Shown in pieces: positions 31,613 to 41,139 of a stretch of 64,000 nt of DNA. The notes under the pieces were generated by a model. The model did no database searches. It saw only the letters and a list, made by a program, of their open reading frames with translations, and was not told where the DNA came from. Every line of letters begins with the position of its first letter. Position 1 is the stretch's first letter. Source of the DNA: Candidatus Borrarchaeum weybense. GTDB taxonomy: Archaea > Asgardarchaeota > Sifarchaeia > Borrarchaeales > Borrarchaeaceae. Location of the stretch: assembly GCA_019057385.1 (NCBI GenBank), contig JAHQJS010000003.1, positions 32,001-96,000 on the forward strand, written 5' to 3'. The translations under genes were made by a program, and so were the position numbers.

Positions 31613-32705
31613 AGATAATAATGAAGAATTAATGAGATTTAGAAAAATAGATATCAGCAACTATATCAAAGCGCTAAAATCTCTGATATGTTTAAGGAAA
31701 ATGATTATAAACGAGTTATCAGGTGAATTCTATTTTGGTAGTAAGTTAAATTACAAAAATAAACAAGGAGATCCTCAAACACCTGACTTTATTACAAAAC
31801 TAAGCAATACTGCATGGATAGGAGAGCTTAAAAGATCGCTTCCTGAACCTAAAAATTTTACTTCTGAAGAAGAATATGTCGAGAAAATTGTAGAAAAACT
31901 TATCGAACAGTTGCAAAAATATGATGAATCTTTTAAGGAATTAGATTCTTATCAGCATGATATTATACTAATGACTCCATCATTAGCAACAGATGCAATA
32001 GGCGTTTTGAAGTTTAAGTATCTAGAAAAAGAGAATGTCAATAATCTGTTTAAACACAATTTTGCACTTCTTCTTTATACACTTGAATCAGGAGCAAATA
32101 ATACCGAGTTCATATACATTAAATTGGATTATGGAACTATTACTGATAAGAAGGCTACAGATATTTTAAAAGTTGGTTACAAAAAGGTTTTAGGAGAATT
32201 AAAAGAAGATTTAGCGAAATTTAAAATATATGAAGAAAGTAAACAAACACCTTTTGAATATGTAATGGTTCTGCTTTGGACACAGATATTCCCTGAGATA
32301 ATCAAAAAAAGTCGTGTAGAGAAGATAATCGAATGGAAAGACAGGAAGGAACACATATTCGAAGTAAAATTAGATGAGTTAATTGAATATCTACATAAAA
32401 TGTATACATTGCCATCTTTGAGTGCAACTGACAAAAAGCAATTTACAACCAAGATAATACAGAAAGCCATGACTATGTTTTCAAAGGTTAAAATTAAAAG
32501 TGAAAGAACTAGAAAACTCGAACCTTTGGTTACGTATGGTGAAAAAGACGGTTCTATGGTATTTAGAGTGGTTTATAAAAAACTTCGGGAGAAGAAAGAA
32601 TTGGACTTCATTCTTAAGTCGATTTATTTGGAACAAGGTGAAATTGAAGACAAGGAAACTCAAAGAGAATTAATTAATTATCCACGATTAGATACATGGT
32701 TTTAA
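31605..32705 (+). CDS. Putative PD-(D/E)xK nuclease-domain protein
   Basis: TPDF...WIGELKRS...QLQKYD; start taken at ATG 31605. Confidence 0.55.
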   Translation: MSKDNNEELMRFRKIDISNYIKALKSLICLRKMIINELSGEFYFGSKLNYKNKQGDPQTPDFITKLSNTAWIGELKRSLPEPKNFTSEEEYVEKIVEKLIEQLQKYDESFKELDSYQHDIILMTPSLATDAIGVLKFKYLEKENVNNLFKHNFALLLYTLESGANNTEFIYIKLDYGTITDKKATDILKVGYKKVLGELKEDLAKFKIYEESKQTPFEYVMVLLWTQIFPEIIKKSRVEKIIEWKDRKEHIFEVKLDELIEYLHKMYTLPSLSATDKKQFTTKIIQKAMTMFSKVKIKSERTRKLEPLVTYGEKDGSMVFRVVYKKLREKKELDFILKSIYLEQGEIEDKETQRELINYPRLDTWF

Positions 32706-32936
32706 AATTTTAAATAAAAAGTAGTTATAAATTGATTCGCTGTTCTGTTAGTTATAGCGAGAGAGTTCTTTTTCCATAATTTTCTATACTAAAAACCGCT
32801 TAGAACAATTTTTTCAAAGAAAGGAAGTCAACTATACACCCATTTTATTAGAGGAGATGGGAAAACCTAATTTTTTTGATGGGTTTATAAATCTAGTTAT
32901 AGAATGTATAAATGAGATTATATCGAGGTTGGAAAT

Positions 32937-33758
32937 ATGAGAAAAACAAAAAAACTGATGATGATTCATGCCTATACTCCCATTGCAAAACCGATCAACA
33001 CCTCTGTTCAAAAAAATTCAACCATGCTGTTGTTAGGTCAAATTCCCTACGAAAACGGGTCAAAAATATTCACTACTAAGCTTTATTATATCAAAGGATT
33101 ACGTGGAATGCTAAGACATGCCTGTATGAGCCTTGCTCAGGATTGTAGTATCGAGGTGTGTCATACCAGCGAAAAAACTGAACTCAAAGACGGTACAAAG
33201 GTGACTCCCTCAGGGTTTCATCCACTGGGTGAATGTGAACCTCCATGCATCCTCAAAAGAATTTTTGGTACATTTCGCGAGGAGTCCTCAATATCTGTCT
33301 TGTCAGATCCTATAGCTTCTATTAAGCACAAAGAATTTACCACTGAAGTTCCTGTGCAAAAGGTACATATCGCTAGCGAATATAGAATAGCGAAATCGTT
33401 CACGGGTATACCTATTCAGGACTTCAAGGAATCGTATTTCTCAGGGTATTTTAGTTTCTGTATTGATGTAACTGAATTAACTGACTATGAAATCAAGTTT
33501 CTCATGGAATCTCTACTCTACATTGAAACACTTGGTGCTGGTAAGCGTTCGGGTTATGGACGTATCAAAATTATTAGTTTCGAGTTTCAGAAGGTTGAAA
33601 TTACCAGAAAGATCGACCGCGAAAATGGAAGTTATAAAGTTGTTGAGAATGAGTCGATAACGCCCTTAGAACTCGATGATATCGAGAGTTGGAGGGATTC
33701 AATACCTTCATGGACACAAGGCACGCAAGATGGTATGCTACCTGTTCTTAACGAGTAG
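32937..33758 (+). CDS. cas7: Divergent Cas7-like RAMP (locus A)
   Basis: IKGLRGMLRH, Cys cluster CH...CEPPC, IFG, G-rich loop LGAGKRSGYGRI; close paralog of 61174..61983. Confidence 0.8.
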   Translation: MRKTKKLMMIHAYTPIAKPINTSVQKNSTMLLLGQIPYENGSKIFTTKLYYIKGLRGMLRHACMSLAQDCSIEVCHTSEKTELKDGTKVTPSGFHPLGECEPPCILKRIFGTFREESSISVLSDPIASIKHKEFTTEVPVQKVHIASEYRIAKSFTGIPIQDFKESYFSGYFSFCIDVTELTDYEIKFLMESLLYIETLGAGKRSGYGRIKIISFEFQKVEITRKIDRENGSYKVVENESITPLELDDIESWRDSIPSWTQGTQDGMLPVLNE

Positions 33759-33932
33759 CACGTTCTTGTGCATGAGACTGCTCATCTATAAAGGTCTGAC
33801 GCCTTTGATGAGGAGGGATGACTCGCAGGGGACGATAAATGTCGTAAACATGTTTATGAGTTTACTAAGTCTATCGACTAACCTTGCAAAGCCTCTCTTA
33901 AGCGATGGCAAGTTAAACGCTTGTCATCGCTT
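33731..33932 (+). ncRNA. Putative guide RNA 1: scaffold 33731-33843, guide ~33844-33889, hairpin 33900-33932
   Basis: Scaffold shared with 59913-60028 and 61025-61139; 33865-33889 matches pyrD 34041-34065 (24/25). Confidence 0.7.
33900..33932 (+). terminator. Hairpin after guide 1
   Basis: AAGCGATGGCAAG/CTTGTCATCGCTT stem (one G-U), followed by T-rich tract. Confidence 0.55.
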
Positions 33933-34037
33933 CCATTTTATCCTATTGTTTCTTCTATACTTCTTCAGAAAAAGTTAAGAAGTCTAATATAAAAGTAAGA
34001 GTTAAGATAAACGAATGAAAGTGAAGTTTAGATTTTT

Positions 34038-34982
34038 ATGCTAACTCTATCGACTAACCTTGCAACATTACAACTTAAGAATCCTGTTATGTTAGCTGCT
34101 GGAGTTCTCGGTATTTCGGGACCAGTACTTAAACGGGTAGCGAATGCCGGTGCGGGTGCGGTTGTCACAAAATCTATCGGTCCTGAGCCCAGAGAAGGTT
34201 ACAATAATCCAACAGTCGTTCCTTTAAATGAATTTAGTTGTTTGAATGCTGTTGGGCTTTCAAACCCTGGGTATTTAGAGTTTTCCAAAGAAATAATTTT
34301 GGCAAAACAAGAAAACGTTCCAATAATTGTTAGTATATTTGGCGCAGATATTGATGAATTTTGTACAATTGCGAAGAAAATGGAAAAGAGTGGTGCTGAT
34401 GCACTTGAACTTAACCTTTCATGTCCTCATGGAGGAAAATATGGTGCATCTATCGGACAGGATCCACAATTATCAGGTGAAATTGTATACGCCGTAAAAA
34501 ATACCGTGCAGATCCCTGTTTTTATTAAACTCACACCAAACGTGACTGATCTGATTCCTATTGCAAAAAGTGCTGAAAATAATGGTGCCGATGCTATTAC
34601 TGCAATCAACACAGTACGCGCTATGTGCATAGACATTGAAACTGGGCAGCCCTTATTATCAAACGCGTTTGGAGGGCTTTCTGGGCCTGCAATAAAACCA
34701 ATCGCAATCAAACATATTTATGATCTCTATAAAGAAGTAGGGATCCCTCTTATCGGTGTGGGTGGTATTGTTTCTTGGGAAGATGCAATAGAATTCTTTC
34801 TTGCTGGAGCTACTGCAATTCAAGTAGGGACTGGGCTTCTGCGGACATCATTCCTAGACATGTTTAATGAATTAACCGAAGGAATTCTAAGTTATCTCAG
34901 AAGAAAAGGCTATACTCGTTTAGAAGAAATCATTGGACTTACTCATAGACTTAAATCTTATAGGGGATCTTTACACGAGTAA
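34038..34982 (+). CDS. pyrD: Dihydroorotate dehydrogenase B catalytic subunit
   Basis: KNPVMLAAG, LNAVGLSNPG, ELNLSCPH, KLTPN, GGLSGPAIKP. Confidence 0.95.
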   Translation: MLTLSTNLATLQLKNPVMLAAGVLGISGPVLKRVANAGAGAVVTKSIGPEPREGYNNPTVVPLNEFSCLNAVGLSNPGYLEFSKEIILAKQENVPIIVSIFGADIDEFCTIAKKMEKSGADALELNLSCPHGGKYGASIGQDPQLSGEIVYAVKNTVQIPVFIKLTPNVTDLIPIAKSAENNGADAITAINTVRAMCIDIETGQPLLSNAFGGLSGPAIKPIAIKHIYDLYKEVGIPLIGVGGIVSWEDAIEFFLAGATAIQVGTGLLRTSFLDMFNELTEGILSYLRRKGYTRLEEIIGLTHRLKSYRGSLHE

Positions 34983-35028
34983 TATTCTATAAAAGCCCCC
35001 TTTAAATCTTATAATGCGTTCAAAAAAG

Positions 35029-35625
35029 TCAAAGTTCATCTATATTGATTATCTTTGTAAACTGCTTCACCAATTTTTGAAAGGCCGTATGAGCAAGTTT
35101 TATCGATTCTTCATATTGGGCGGGAATTCTAGACAACTTTACGGTAGTCGCTTGAATAGGGCTGGTTTCAAATGTTTCTTTTGCAGTTTCTGCAACTTCT
35201 TTCAGTTTTTCAAGTTTAAGTTCAGTCCTTCTTGATTGTAAAATCTTTGTGTATATTAACGCTAACCGAAGAAAAATATATGTCACCTCTGGAATTGTAG
35301 GGATGTATTCACGAGAATCCCTAAGAGATGTCCCCTCTTTTCTTAGGAAACCAGAGTCATGCAGTTTTTTAGCGTGTATTGCAATTTGCGCGCTATTTCT
35401 CCTTCCTAATTCATTTGCTAAATCCTTCAATCGGGTGGCGCTATCAAAGACTGTCGTTTTCAATATAGCAAGTCTTTTATCGCTAGCAAGTACACTAAAT
35501 AGATCACATAGAGCATTTATGTCATCCTCAGCGAAGGATATCATATTTAACCCAGCAAATAAGAGAGTACTACCTTCTTTTGCCTTTTTTTGGTTCGATT
35601 CTTGATTTTCCTTTTCTTTTGGCAT
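35029..35625 (-). CDS. ArsR-like winged-helix protein
   Basis: FSVLASDKRLAILK...LKDLANEL...HAKKLHDSGFL. Confidence 0.6.
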   Translation of the reverse strand: MPKEKENQESNQKKAKEGSTLLFAGLNMISFAEDDINALCDLFSVLASDKRLAILKTTVFDSATRLKDLANELGRRNSAQIAIHAKKLHDSGFLRKEGTSLRDSREYIPTIPEVTYIFLRLALIYTKILQSRRTELKLEKLKEVAETAKETFETSPIQATTVKLSRIPAQYEESIKLAHTAFQKLVKQFTKIINIDEL

Positions 35626-36329
35626 TATTATCAACTTTTGTCGAGTTATATTGTTATAACGCCCTATCATGTTTGTCTTTTGATATTATTATTAAGTTGT
35701 GTCGAATATATATTATAATACTATGTGTTATATTTATATATTTCTAAAAACAAAAGCTTTATTCTTCAAAAAAAAAGATTTATTATGAGTTTAAAATCGC
35801 TTCAGGTGCTTCTAGTGCTTCAAAAAACATTGGTGGTCGTCTTATACAATATAAGACGCTTAAGAGTGTTTACCATGGAAAAGGTATACCCGGATCCAAC
35901 AATTCGCCCTCCTGAATGTTTTTTTAAATAGTTTTTTAAAAAATAATAGATAACAAAATACATATTTTGAGCGTTGGGCATTATTTGGTCGCAAATATAA
36001 GGGCCACGTATTTTTCCGAAACTCAGATTCTCTTTAAAGAGAATTATAGTTACAAGAATAAAAACTAAGATTCAATAAATGAAAGTAAATGTCGTTATGA
36101 CAAAATGCTCACAAAATTAGAGACACTCTTGAGGCTAGACAAATAAACTAAAATTTGAATAATTGGAAGAACTTCCAAAAGATGTTGTTCAAGTCCACAT
36201 TATTTACTTACATTTATATTCTTCAACAGGCTTTATTTCTATTGTAATGCATACTAATATCAAACTGAGCGCAACGGAATAAACGTGCTACAGAATTCAC
36301 AGAATTATATTCTTCTTGGGCGAGAGTAA

Positions 36330-39300
36330 ATGGATTTTAAAAGCGAAATGCAATTTTTTTTCAATTTGCGTGACCTAACAGCACGAAAAGGGAAAATACA
36401 TAATATACTCTCTCAATTAGAAAAAATGCAACAAAGGAACGATCCAGTCATCAGTTTAAACATGGCTGAAGCACTTATTGAAAATTGCTTATTAATTGAC
36501 AACGATGAAGATCGTCTACAACATTACAACCGAGCACTTGAACTAGTTCAGATTGCACGTCTTATTTTGAAAGAAAAAAGCCAGACGAGGCTGCTTCTAC
36601 GATCATACCATCTTGAATGCTTTATAAAGTACCATACCATGAAATACAGAGATGAAGAAGCTTCTATTCTCGACATCTTTAATTTGGGTGGGAAAATCAT
36701 CAAAAGAGTAACACAGGCCAAAACAAACGATCCATATACGGAATATGATGACTACTGTTCTTTAGGCTGTGTTTGGCGTGCCTACGGACTCATGTCGCAA
36801 CTTATCCATAAATTTCAGAAATTAAATGTTGAACAAAGACGCGATATGTTAGAGAACGCTAGAGCATTGACACATAAAGCTGTAGATGCGAGTAACAGTA
36901 CAAATAACAGAGATGCAAACGTTTTGTCAGCTTATATTTTTGCTTTTGTCGAAACGTCACAAATGGTTCTACGTGGTGATAAAGCTACTACTGAAAAAGA
37001 TTTTATTAAAATTATAGGCCTTTACGATGTCTTGTTTGAGGCTGCTCACTCGTATGGCTCAATCGAGTTCGAATATTTGGCTTTATTAAACCATACACGG
37101 TTAAATTTATCACGCTATGCCTACACAATAGGGACAAATGAGGAAAAAAGAGAGTTACTCCATGATATATTGAATGATTGTAAGAAACTAGAAGAATACA
37201 ATAACTTAATTCGAATGCCACACTTCCTGTTTTATTATTATACCGTGCGAACTGAAGCCTACTTAAGTTTCCTTTATTTTGAAGTTTTTAGTGAAAAAGA
37301 ATATAACTATTACGTTAACAAAGCTTTAAAATCTGCAGAAAAACTGAAGTTCGTATACGAATCTAAAGATATGATAAGCGAACGCGATAAAATTGACTTA
37401 CATCATAACCTTATCTTTGTATATATGATGACCGCGTCTTTCGCCACTTCACAAAAAGAAAAACATGAATATTTGAAAAAATGTGAGGAATTACTTCTAG
37501 AAGATGAACAAAGTACAGCTGTCTGGTCACAGAGAGCGTACTCCATTTGGCGTGATCTTTCTTCAATTTACTTGGACCTTGCAAAAGTCGAGCGTAATCA
37601 TATATATTTCGAAAAATGCGTATTCTATGCAAAAAAGGCATACTATTCAGCGCTGGAAACTGAGGTCTTCACAGACGCGTTTTTTGAAGCATATAAAATT
37701 GCCATGATCGCTGAAAGTTTCCAGAAGCATAATTTGTCTATAAAGCATTATAATTTAGCCCTTCAGTTGTTAGCCAAAATAATTCAGGCAGGGAAAGATT
37801 ATCCGTACTATAGAAATTTAGAAACCTATCTATCAGCTCGGTTGCTGGGCGTAAAAGCTAAGGAAGAACATCGTAAAGGTAGTTATATACAAGCTACGAA
37901 CTTATATCGCGAAGCAAGTTCTATTTTGCGACCAAATAAGCTTTATTTATATGAAAGCCTACTGTATAACATTTACGCGTTATTTGAAGATGCGTCTACA
38001 CGTTTTATAGAGGAAAAATATAAGGAAACATTTACCATTCTTTCTAATATTACCTGCTTATTTGATGAAACTGCAAAACACTATGCTGAAGATTATAAAC
38101 CCCAATTTCAGTATTTTATCGATAGACGCGCTTATGATCTACAACTTGATTATTTCGAATCTTCAAAGACTTTTTGCCTTGCTCAGTCGAATATTTTACA
38201 GGCATTAATTTATCGTAGTACTGGAGACAGTGAGAGATCAATAAAGTTGCTAAAGGAAGCCAATACTCTACTCAAACCATTTACAGATCGAAATATTCAC
38301 ATAGCAGGCTATTCTTCATTTGCAAAAGGACTATACGGACTTGAAAAATCCGAACTTAACATAAGAAACGGTGAATATAAACGCGCAGCATCATATCTTG
38401 CAAATGCATCTGATCAATTTGAAACTGCATCAAAAGTGTTAGCATCTGACGAACAACTAAGACAGTTATGTGATGGACTAAAATTCTTTTGTCGGGGATG
38501 GATGAATACTTTAGAAATTATGCGCCGTGACATAGACCATAGCACCACAGAATTGCATACTAATTTTACTCTCGCTAGTCAATCTTTCGTAAATGCAACC
38601 AGATCCTTGAAAATGTTCAAGAAGACGTCCAAAGGAGTTTCTGGATTCGAGAAATTATTGAGTTATATCTATTATTCATTATTATTCCAAAAAACTGATG
38701 ATCTTGCAGAAAAAAGCAAGTTTAAGGATAATATGACTGCAGTGCTAGGTGAGGCACTGCAATATTTTAAAGACGCTGAAGATATGGAACGATATAGGTT
38801 TACAAAAGATATAATCACTACACTACTTCAATTGGAAGATATACGCGAAAACATCTTGAAACCCATTACCATACCATTTACACTATATACACCAATATTT
38901 GACTCTACGACTATAGTCGAGCCCAGTAGCGTAAACATTGCAATATCACTTGATAAGGATCAAGTAGAGGTTAATGACGAAATACAGTACACAATAGAAA
39001 TCAATTCCGATAATTCAGTCTATATGAAACAAATTGATGGTTTGATCCCAAAAAAAGGTGTAAAAGTGGTCTCAAATTCGCAATTGGCAAAGAACGGTAC
39101 GATAGAAATAAATCGCTTTTTATCTCCTGGTAATCCAATAAAAATTGAATTCCAAGTTCAGGCATCCACACCGCTTCATAACAAAGCACATCCACGATTA
39201 TTATATCTCAACACAAAAAACGAGAAATGCCGCGCTTTTACATTGCCTCTTACGTTACAAGTGTACCCCAAAAATGCATTAAAATCTGGCGTGGTATGTA

Positions 39301-40217
39301 CAATCAATGAAAAAATCAATCTAGTGAAGGGTATTTTGAAGGAACTAGGAATCATCCTAGGGGAATTTCCGGTCCTATACCATGACATTAATTCATATCG
39401 CGAAGCTTTAGCAGAGTATTATTTCCGTTATAAAACCGACGAGGGTGGGAAGAAGCACCGTTCAAAAAAGACAGACATTTCCAAGATCCCAATACAACAG
39501 ATGGCTTTTGTAGACCCTCTTGGTGAAGTAAATATCCTTTATGATCTGGAGACATATCTCTATCCGCAATCTATTGCGAATCTTCTGGGCATTATCATAC
39601 ATGAAAAATTCGGTCATGGTTTCTTTCAACAGTATACATCATTAGGGAAAAAATTGCTAGAACTGGAATACCACCAAAAAGGTGTAGAATTACTTATGAA
39701 AGAGCTAGAAAAAATATCAAATAAGTATGCTATGGGGATTCAATGGCTTGCCGTTTCTACATTGATCGTCGATGAAGGGTTCGCAACTTGGCTAGAGTTA
39801 AAGACTTTCGAAAAACTGCTTGAAAAAATATCAGATAAAGATTCACAGTTTATTCAACAGATACATCACGAGATAGAAAGTTTCAGAAAAACGGTATTTG
39901 AAAGCGAAGAACTCAATGTGAAGCATGAGTATTTTGCCTTAAAATATGAGAAGACTGTTATCAATCCTTACGCAGAAGGATACGATTTGTTCTCACAAAT
40001 TGAAGAGAAATACGGCGAAAAGTGCGTACCGAAAGCATTAGAAATCGCTGCAAATGTCCCCTTGACAAAGCGACAGATCTCTCTTATGCCAAATACGATA
40101 AAAAATGATAAAACCTGTGCTGATAAAAGATTAGAAAAAATAGCGTGCTCAGATCTCAAAATAGAGCGAAACAATGTTGATATGTTTGAGAAAGCTGCCA
40201 AGGAATTGTTTTTGTAA
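36330..40217 (+). CDS. 1295-aa helical-repeat (TPR-like) protein with beta-rich domain and C-terminal HExxGH metallopeptidase-like domain
   Basis: Repetitive helical pattern; IIIHEKFGHG...DEGFATW...NPYAEG. Confidence 0.6.
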   Translation: MDFKSEMQFFFNLRDLTARKGKIHNILSQLEKMQQRNDPVISLNMAEALIENCLLIDNDEDRLQHYNRALELVQIARLILKEKSQTRLLLRSYHLECFIKYHTMKYRDEEASILDIFNLGGKIIKRVTQAKTNDPYTEYDDYCSLGCVWRAYGLMSQLIHKFQKLNVEQRRDMLENARALTHKAVDASNSTNNRDANVLSAYIFAFVETSQMVLRGDKATTEKDFIKIIGLYDVLFEAAHSYGSIEFEYLALLNHTRLNLSRYAYTIGTNEEKRELLHDILNDCKKLEEYNNLIRMPHFLFYYYTVRTEAYLSFLYFEVFSEKEYNYYVNKALKSAEKLKFVYESKDMISERDKIDLHHNLIFVYMMTASFATSQKEKHEYLKKCEELLLEDEQSTAVWSQRAYSIWRDLSSIYLDLAKVERNHIYFEKCVFYAKKAYYSALETEVFTDAFFEAYKIAMIAESFQKHNLSIKHYNLALQLLAKIIQAGKDYPYYRNLETYLSARLLGVKAKEEHRKGSYIQATNLYREASSILRPNKLYLYESLLYNIYALFEDASTRFIEEKYKETFTILSNITCLFDETAKHYAEDYKPQFQYFIDRRAYDLQLDYFESSKTFCLAQSNILQALIYRSTGDSERSIKLLKEANTLLKPFTDRNIHIAGYSSFAKGLYGLEKSELNIRNGEYKRAASYLANASDQFETASKVLASDEQLRQLCDGLKFFCRGWMNTLEIMRRDIDHSTTELHTNFTLASQSFVNATRSLKMFKKTSKGVSGFEKLLSYIYYSLLFQKTDDLAEKSKFKDNMTAVLGEALQYFKDAEDMERYRFTKDIITTLLQLEDIRENILKPITIPFTLYTPIFDSTTIVEPSSVNIAISLDKDQVEVNDEIQYTIEINSDNSVYMKQIDGLIPKKGVKVVSNSQLAKNGTIEINRFLSPGNPIKIEFQVQASTPLHNKAHPRLLYLNTKNEKCRAFTLPLTLQVYPKNALKSGVVCTINEKINLVKGILKELGIILGEFPVLYHDINSYREALAEYYFRYKTDEGGKKHRSKKTDISKIPIQQMAFVDPLGEVNILYDLETYLYPQSIANLLGIIIHEKFGHGFFQQYTSLGKKLLELEYHQKGVELLMKELEKISNKYAMGIQWLAVSTLIVDEGFATWLELKTFEKLLEKISDKDSQFIQQIHHEIESFRKTVFESEELNVKHEYFALKYEKTVINPYAEGYDLFSQIEEKYGEKCVPKALEIAANVPLTKRQISLMPNTIKNDKTCADKRLEKIACSDLKIERNNVDMFEKAAKELFL

Positions 40218-40239
40218 GGTCAGGAAAGGTGATAATACC

Positions 40240-41052
40240 ATGAACAAACCTATTGTGTTACCCATCGAAAAAATCGAAACAAACACTCCCTCTATCAAAA
40301 CCTTTTTCATGAAAGTTCCTTTAATAGCCCAGCAAGGAATTCCAGGTCAATTTCTTATGGTATGGACATTCAATGATGAAATTCCTATGTCCTTATCTCA
40401 TATTAATCCCAAAAAAGAACTTATTGGAATTACTGTGAAAAAAGTAGGATCTTCTACAGAAATGATGCATTCTATGAGCGAAGGTTCACTTGTTGGTGTG
40501 AGAGGCCCCTATGGGAATGGGTTTAAAATTGCAGGTAGTCGCATATTGGTCGTTGGAGGAGGAGTCGGTATGGCATGCCTCTTTCCACTTATCCTACAAC
40601 TTGTTGAAGCGCAGAAATACGTGACTGTCCTTATTGGGGCGTTAACTAAAGATGAACTCTTATTTCAGAAGCCGCTGCAAAAGTATACAACACGTGAAAC
40701 ATTTCGCTTATCAATAGCTACAGATGATGGATCAATGGGCTTTCACGGGCTAGTGACAGAGTTGATGGATGAAACTCTTCAAATGGAGACGTTTGATCAA
40801 ATCTATGCTTGTGGTCCTGAACTTATGCTTAAAACTACGTTTAATATTGCAGAATCACAAAATATTGCTTTCCAAGCAAGCCTTGAGAGATATATGAAGT
40901 GCGGCATTGGATTATGTGGTAGTTGCTGTATTAATGAGCAAATCGTCTGTAAAGATGGCCCGATTTTTGAATCTAATGTACTTCGCACTATGCATGAGTT
41001 CGGGAATTCTAAGCGAGACCCTTCAGGTAGACTTATCTCTATTACTGACTAA
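40240..41052 (+). CDS. pyrK: Dihydroorotate dehydrogenase electron-transfer subunit
   Basis: PGQFLMVW, RGPYGNGF, GGGVG, ACGPELM, MKCGIGLCGSC, CKDGP. Confidence 0.93.
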   Translation: MNKPIVLPIEKIETNTPSIKTFFMKVPLIAQQGIPGQFLMVWTFNDEIPMSLSHINPKKELIGITVKKVGSSTEMMHSMSEGSLVGVRGPYGNGFKIAGSRILVVGGGVGMACLFPLILQLVEAQKYVTVLIGALTKDELLFQKPLQKYTTRETFRLSIATDDGSMGFHGLVTELMDETLQMETFDQIYACGPELMLKTTFNIAESQNIAFQASLERYMKCGIGLCGSCCINEQIVCKDGPIFESNVLRTMHEFGNSKRDPSGRLISITD

Positions 41053-41139
41053 AATTGTGAACAAACGAAGTCTTTTAAAGATTTTAAGTCTTTAAGACAA
41101 ATGAATCTACGTTTTAAAGAGAATTGAGGCGCAGTTATA

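Larger units (their letters stand above)
28850..33960 (+). mobile_element. Accessory island (locus A) between divergent nop5 and pyrD; ends approximate
   Basis: Co-oriented AT-rich cargo genes + cas7-like + guide RNA between housekeeping genes; no terminal repeats identified. Confidence 0.5.

Noticed and set aside
33676-33978. Short ORFs sharing TFLCMRL (33676..33978, 59892..60104, 60941..61177)
   Set aside because: Similarity is confined to the scaffold, starts and stops are not conserved, and substitutions are base-pair compensatory, so these are by-products of the RNA.
28823-33988. TTAAGAACTTAATA / TTAAGAAGTCTAATA as target-site duplication of locus A
   Set aside because: Short, AT-rich and imperfect; compatible with chance.
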